A DNA stretch of 56,253 nucleotides, filler included, from Sphacelaria rigidula (taxonomy: Eukaryota): NCBI GenBank assembly GCA_964200075.2. It is 6 parts of 6 records of this genome, joined end to end, with 100 filler letters (N's around TTAATTAATTAA, not from the genome) between each part and the next. Parts side by side here need not be neighbours in the genome. Positions count along the whole stretch, not along the records: positions 46,963 to 56,253 come from CAXNAA020008830.1; 5 more parts are not named here. One strand, 5' to 3'. A program made the position numbers and the translations under genes. The notes beneath the pieces were generated by a model. It was given only the letters and a program-made list of their open reading frames with translations, searched no databases and was not told the DNA's origin. Below are positions 50,470-56,253 of the stretch, piece by piece. Numbering within the stretch: position 1 is the stretch's first letter; every line of letters begins with the position of its first letter.

Positions 50470-52835
50470 TCAATTCGACAACAGAGGTCCAACGACCTTT
50501 CTCAAACATAGACCCTTGCGCCGAGCAGGAAATTCAGCCTTTACACCCGTGGGGCTAGGTGCAATCATCAGTGTGCGTCGTCCATCTTGAGATTGCACCT
50601 GGCCGCGTGGTTGAGAGGTGGCCAGGTCAGACTGTGTTAGACGTGGCGCAGCGTCAGCGGGCCTAGTGTGATAGTACGATTGTTGGTAGTGCGAGTTGTA
50701 GTAGCGGTTATCGTTGCCTTGATGACGATGTCCCCGTCTAGGACGATATTGCTGTCGACGCGCGTCGCCGGATTGAGGGCGACGGTAAGAACGCAAACGT
50801 GCTTGCCAAGTTGGCCAGCATGATGCATAATATTGAGGATCGTGAAACGTGTTGTTCAAGACGCCGAATGCGTTCACGAATGGTGCTTCACATGTACGCA
50901 TTGAATGAATAGATACGCGCCCGTCGGCGGAATTCCCTGTCTGCCTATCGAACCATACCCCACAATGCAGACACTTATCCTTACACTCGCGAATAAGCTC
51001 ATTTCATATGTGGCGTTCGACATCGTGGGCCCAAAGGGGGGGTCATTGTTTGTCATCGAGATACTGACATTGTATACCTCCGGCCAAATTTCATCGGCCA
51101 ACGGCCAGCTGGGGAATCGACTAGCGAACGCGTCGGGCGCCTGTACCTGTGCAGTTATCATGACCTCCCCGATGGACGTCATAGATTCGTGCACCCATGG
51201 GGGTTGACCCGATTTTCTGGTCGTTTGCGCTCGTGGCGCAGAGGCAGCTGCAGGGTAAAGGGGTCCTGACTGTTGACCAGCGGGACATGCTGGCCAACGC
51301 CCGCGGTTGCACCATCTTGTCTCATCCCAGTTGACTCTATGACCTGTGTACGATTTGTGCGCAACCCATCTAGTCTACTCCACATCTCCTCTAGATCCGA
51401 AAACGGAATGGCTGTAGTAGCTGCATCGCCCCCAAAGACACTGGGCATCAGACTGGGATACTGTCGACCCATACTGGAACGAAAGAGTGACATTACCATC
51501 TCCTGAGTCCGAGCTACTTCACGCCCGCCATCAACGGTAACCGGAATCAATGAGCGGAAATCCTTGAGGTATTGATCGAAGAGGGGGTGTACCGGGACTT
51601 TGAAACTGAGCAATCTTTCGATGGACTCCCCTTCGTAGCTCGTGTCGAGCGACGAACTGAGTAGCCGGAGCAAAAGCGTAAATGCTTCGTTCCCACTTGA
51701 GCCTTTGTTAAGGGCCCGCGACACTTGGTCGAAGTGGGCGTCACACATTGACGTGATTTTTGACGATTGCAAAGAGTCAAGGTCGATGGCTTGCTCTGTC
51801 GCTCGATGCAATGGGCGGGTCCACCCGTGGATCCACTCACTGCTCTCCAGACTTACAAAGTGCGGGTCGCACACGGCGAAGATATCGCTCAATACGTTTT
51901 TGAGCGAAGATCGCAGCTGGCTACAATTGAGACTCGCGTTGGACCCTGCAATGAATGGCAACCGGGGTTTGACCTTACCTACACTTTTGATGTTAAGTTC
52001 GAGGTAGGTGCGACGTATACTTGAGGCGTCAGTGCGTGGTTTGTTGGTTGGTACAGGGAACGGTTCGCCTACTTCGTCACGGTGAGGGTTTGCAGTTGTG
52101 GGCGATTTACCTCCCGTCTTGACTGTCACAAGAACCTGTTTCTCCTCGTTTCTCGTTGATTGACCTTCCTCCTTATCCTTCAGGAGGGGGTGTCGTTGTT
52201 TTGCAACAGGAAGACAGAGGTGAGAAATTGGACAAGGTGTGTGTTGAGGGTCACTGTGGTCGAGCGCGGTCATTGTTGGGGAACTGCTCCTAACTATCCG
52301 TATCGCTTTCGTCGGTACGTGACGCATGGGACTGTGTGGGAGCTGTCTGTTTGTGTGATTACGTTTGTTTTTTGTGAGCGCTTCCATCCTTGATCGTACC
52401 TTGTCCTTTTCCCGCCATTTGCCGCTCTGTCTTTTTTTTCAGTGGAGTTTGTCCACCTCGTGGCACATTAGTCCCAATACCCCGATCCCAATCATCATGC
52501 AAGCTGTCGACGTGGTGCGTGGGTTGTTGTGAGTACGAGTACACAGTTTTCCGTATTTCTTCAACACCACGGAACATGGTAATGAGTGGCTCGACATAAT
52601 CGTTGTGGGTTTTTTTCGTCGTGTAGTCGAGGTAGGGTTGGGATTGTACACACGTGACAACCCCCGCGAGTGTAACTGTGCTGCGGTTATTGGGCAACCA
52701 GGGAAGAAGGTATTTGACCTTCTCTATGATTGGGTCCGCGAGGTGATGTGCCTGACATGTATAACGTACTAGCTCAGCGGAATCATCGACGAAGGACGAG
52801 AGGGCGGTAGCCGCCAAGTTCTGCACACCGGACAA
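50470..52835 (-). pseudogene. Degenerate gag-like ORF set of an unidentified retroelement
   Basis: Intronless overlapping frames 52835-52359, 52387-51179, 51194-50874 and ~51000-50470, ending in a C-x2-C-x18-H-x4-C motif and an R/Q/N-rich tail. Confidence 0.45.
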
Positions 52836-55800
52836 GTCCCATGTAGACTTACCAGGTTCTCACATCAGTAGTGGCGCAGCGTTTGCTTTTTCGTTAGCCG
52901 TGCTCATTGCCGCCATCGCGTACGACGGGTTAGCGTGTGAGACGCGGTTGTTGACTGGGGGGGAGGGGTACACGGCTACCTGATATCTGGAATGTGATGG
53001 CTGAGCGGTTTTGCTTCGGTGCCGCCGAAAGGACTTATTGTGAGGTAGGGGGGAGTCCTGTAGGTAAAGAGCGTGATGATGCCGCTCGTACCGATGTGGG
53101 CCTCTCGGCAGTCATGGATGAAATTTGCGGTCCATTCATGATCACAGGAGGGTCAACCGTCAGTAGGCGAAGACGTCTAAGTTGTTCGTCTAAACCTGAT
53201 TGCGTGACTGATAGGCGTGCAGTGGATTATTCGACAGGTAGGTTATGATATCCCAGCTGAAGCCCCAATGTGTAACAGTATAGCACTAGCAAAGCAAGCC
53301 GCACCCAAAAGGAGGGATGTGACAAGCCAGTCCCGTGTTCGGCTTGAGATATCAAAGCTGAAGGTTCGCTCTCAATACATTAAACCAGCTGTTCGGATTT
53401 TCACACAGCCCAAGCCTGAAACAATAATATCAATCGGTGGATAAGGATGGTACAGCACAGCTAGAGACTCACGTCAGTGGCTGTCGACTCGCGACCGTGT
53501 AGAGATTGGAGAGATTGATGGGGTAGGCGACAAGTGAAAGCTCTTCTTATATCCAAAAGTTGCCTGTAGACTGGTCGGTGGGTCAAGTGAGACGCGTGGG
53601 GGCGAGTCCCTTCCCGAAACCTCCTAGCCACGCATACAAATGTCATAATACCAAATAATTGAGGCGTGTGCTTCCAATCAACCTTTATTGGCAGGTGTGT
53701 GCCCCATATGACGAATCCGATACAGGCAGTCCAATACAAAATCATGCAGCAGCAAACGCCAATTGAAATGTGTTAGTCCAATTTCTACTTGATACAGACA
53801 CACTTTCGACTAGACTCTCTTTATACCCGCCGATCGTTTGTGGATCGATCGTGATGTCCCACTGGGCTAGTTTAATTCTCGCACACGGTCATATACCATC
53901 ACACATTTTCCTGGCGTCGCGTCAGCGGCGAGAACCCCCCCCCCCAGAGCGCAAAACACATCATTTCGTACGTTTGGGTTCGTTGCGGCTGAGTATCACG
54001 CTCAAACGAAAAAAGTGAAATGAGCTGACCTAGCAGAGCGCCAAGAAGAGCGATTTTTATTTTACACTACGCACTGGCGATGTATGAACAGGTCAGCAGA
54101 GCCACGATACCACAGCTGACTGCCTGTACATACTTGGAAGAATATGTAAACCATGCGATTTACACAAACATGCATCTTCGACCAAATGCTATTTTTTGGG
54201 ACTAATGTCACGACTTTTGCTTTGGTGGAATCCGCCTGTGCTGCTCTGTTCTGTGGGGATGTGTACAAAGGACAACCTCATGTATCATGAGCGGATACCC
54301 TTTCACCCCTTGGCTTGTAGAGGACGAGTTCACCGATGAAACACGGCCGTCCTGTGACAGACATTTTCGAGACAGAACCTTAGGCATGCGCGACGCCGCT
54401 GTTCATGGTATCCAAATTTCTATACTTTCTCGGTCTAGCGCGATGTCAGGCATGCCTTTCACTGTAGATGCGTTGGTGTGTGGCGGCCACAACTGCTGCT
54501 GTTCGTGTTCTTGTTATCTTCGCAATGGTGGTAAACGTGGGGTGACAGCTCGGGGGCGTGCGCTTCCCGAGTAGTACAGCAGCTGAACACTAGTGTAGAC
54601 ACCAGTCCGTGGCAAGGTAGTCAGAGCGGTCGCATGCCAGGACTTCTTAGCTTCCAGTAGATCTCCCGCACGTAGTTCAATGTTCGACGGATCTTTCGTA
54701 GTAAGGTGCTTTTTGTTTTGTTGGCGTAAATGTTCTGTTTCTCGCCGTCGTCTGCTGGCTTTTTGATTTATGGCTATGGATGGTATGCTCCTTGCACTCT
54801 GTGACGGACACAACAATGATAATGCCTGAATCAATAATGTCCGAGCAGATGTAGACTGGCACAGTCTGTACAGCAAACAACGGGCAACCGTATTACAGTA
54901 CAGTAGTAGTAGAAATTACTAGCAAACACACCTTTTAGTACTCGTGCTTTGCTGTACAGTTGACACTTGGTACGATACAGGAACGCTGCTGCTACGGTCA
55001 TCTGGAAAGCATATACAGGCAGCAGTGGTAGTAGGGATAGGATCTTCCCTCGAGGGAGTCACACGTTGGATTCGACCGAACCCATAGGATACGCTTAATG
55101 CATTCCTCGAATTATCCCCACATGTCACTCTCGAACGGGCGAATTGATGATGAAGCCGCCGAGGCCAAATACTGTTACAAACACTAATATGTGATTTCAC
55201 CATGTCTCGGTAGAGCAGCCTGTTCTCGATTGGGAATGGAGTTTTTCTGTGAGAATGAGCAAGACCCGGAATGGTGCACAGAAAGTGCCCAATATTTTTT
55301 TCCCGAAAATATTTCGGTCGTTGTGAAAGGCACTGCAACGATTTGCGACCTCGACCAAGTCGGTGGTGTATTGGCGGCAGCGCGAAAACGGTTTGCCATG
55401 AAAGCGATCCCAACCAAGTTCGTAGCGCACTGGGTGGAGCTCGAAATGACTTGTCATGATCTACTACCCATGAATGACATCTTCTCCCTCACGTGGGTTG
55501 CTAGTGAACAAAATGAGCGTTTGTTCGGAATGAAGAAAAGAAAAAAAAAATGGCTCTGTGTGCCCTCAATACCTGCTCCCTTCCCCCTCACCTCTGTTGA
55601 CCAAAGCAGTACATACGAAACGCGGCGAAACTATCCACACCAGCACACGGCGACAGCTAAACGGCCGAGCGCGGCGTGTCACACACGTGTACTATATAAA
55701 TCACAGCATACGTGACACATATGTATATATGTACTTACTGTGAAGACAACCCACACATGCACAGAAACACACACCCGCGAGGAAGCTCCACAGCCAAGGT

Positions 55801-56083
55801 AAACACCCGACACATGGTCGCGCCGGCGCCATGCAACAGAAACGCCTCAAATCAACACGACCTGGTCAATCCAACACACACACACACACCGCCGCGAGAA
55901 CTAACCATCACAAGGAAACAACAACTTGACAACTTGCACGATCTCCGCCCAACCCCGTTGGAGCCCCCTGGTCTACTCCGATTTCGAGTTCCGCCAGTCT
56001 TTTTTCGAGAATTGCAACAGCATACCTATGTAGGTTCCTGGGATATTATCTCCCGAGGAAGGAAATGGCACTTTCTACGATCG

Positions 56084-56253
56084 CCCCCCCCCCACCCACC
56101 CACCCACCCACCCCTCCACCCATGAGGCAGTGTTTAAGCCGTGGCTGTCGCTGGAAGTGGCGATACCAGAAAATGAAGCAACTCATTGTAGGCTGTCATC
56201 CAAATGCAAGATAATCAGTAGGCTTTGGGCTGGACAATCGTAGCAGGATGCGG
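56084..56253 (+). mobile_element. Family A copy after the C tract of an M2-like MITE terminus, cut by the contig end
   Basis: GGCACTTTCTACGATCG(C)n at 56067, then CCATGAGGCAGTGTTTAAGCCGTGGCTG..., matching 8727-8840. Confidence 0.75.

Noticed and set aside
55191-55715. 174-aa ORF with a protein-like central part
   Set aside because: No recognisable motif or phase-consistent neighbouring exons, so I cannot support it as a gene.
56095-56140. Minus-strand TTAAACACTGCC...GTGGAGGGG resembling a twister ribozyme
   Set aside because: The internal P2/P4 and pseudoknot segments are missing, and the G-rich part is flanking DNA not conserved in other copies.

Overview
Intron-rich eukaryotic DNA, most likely from a brown alga or related stramenopile (inferred from gene content, long introns and TTAGGG repeats). 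The window is not one locus. It is six unrelated, size-sorted contigs (1-9293, 9394-18686, 18787-28078, 28179-37470, 37571-46862, 46963-56253) joined by artificial 100-nt N44-TTAATTAATTAA-N44 linkers. Host gene content: six internal exons of an ABCA transporter (one GC-AG intron), a spliced coiled-coil plus multi-TM orphan gene, the 3' part of a Tudor-like domain gene, and a nine-exon EGF-repeat gene. Mobile content: a decayed, intron-containing Sola/DUF7869-like DDD transposase, two Copia remnants and a related LTR fragment, an unusual gag-like element, Tc1/mariner-type and Helitron-like non-autonomous elements, and three MITE families with 4-bp TSDs and GAC/GAG termini. The most notable signal is a non-coding, hairpin-rich repeat of up to about 600 bp, present in 9 copies on 5 of the 6 contigs. 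It has a fixed ATGAGT-(C)n end, shorter copies start at internal CCC sites, and it inserts into C/G homopolymer tracts (one 14-bp TSD), including the tracts inside MITE TIRs. All calls were made by eye, with no database searches.
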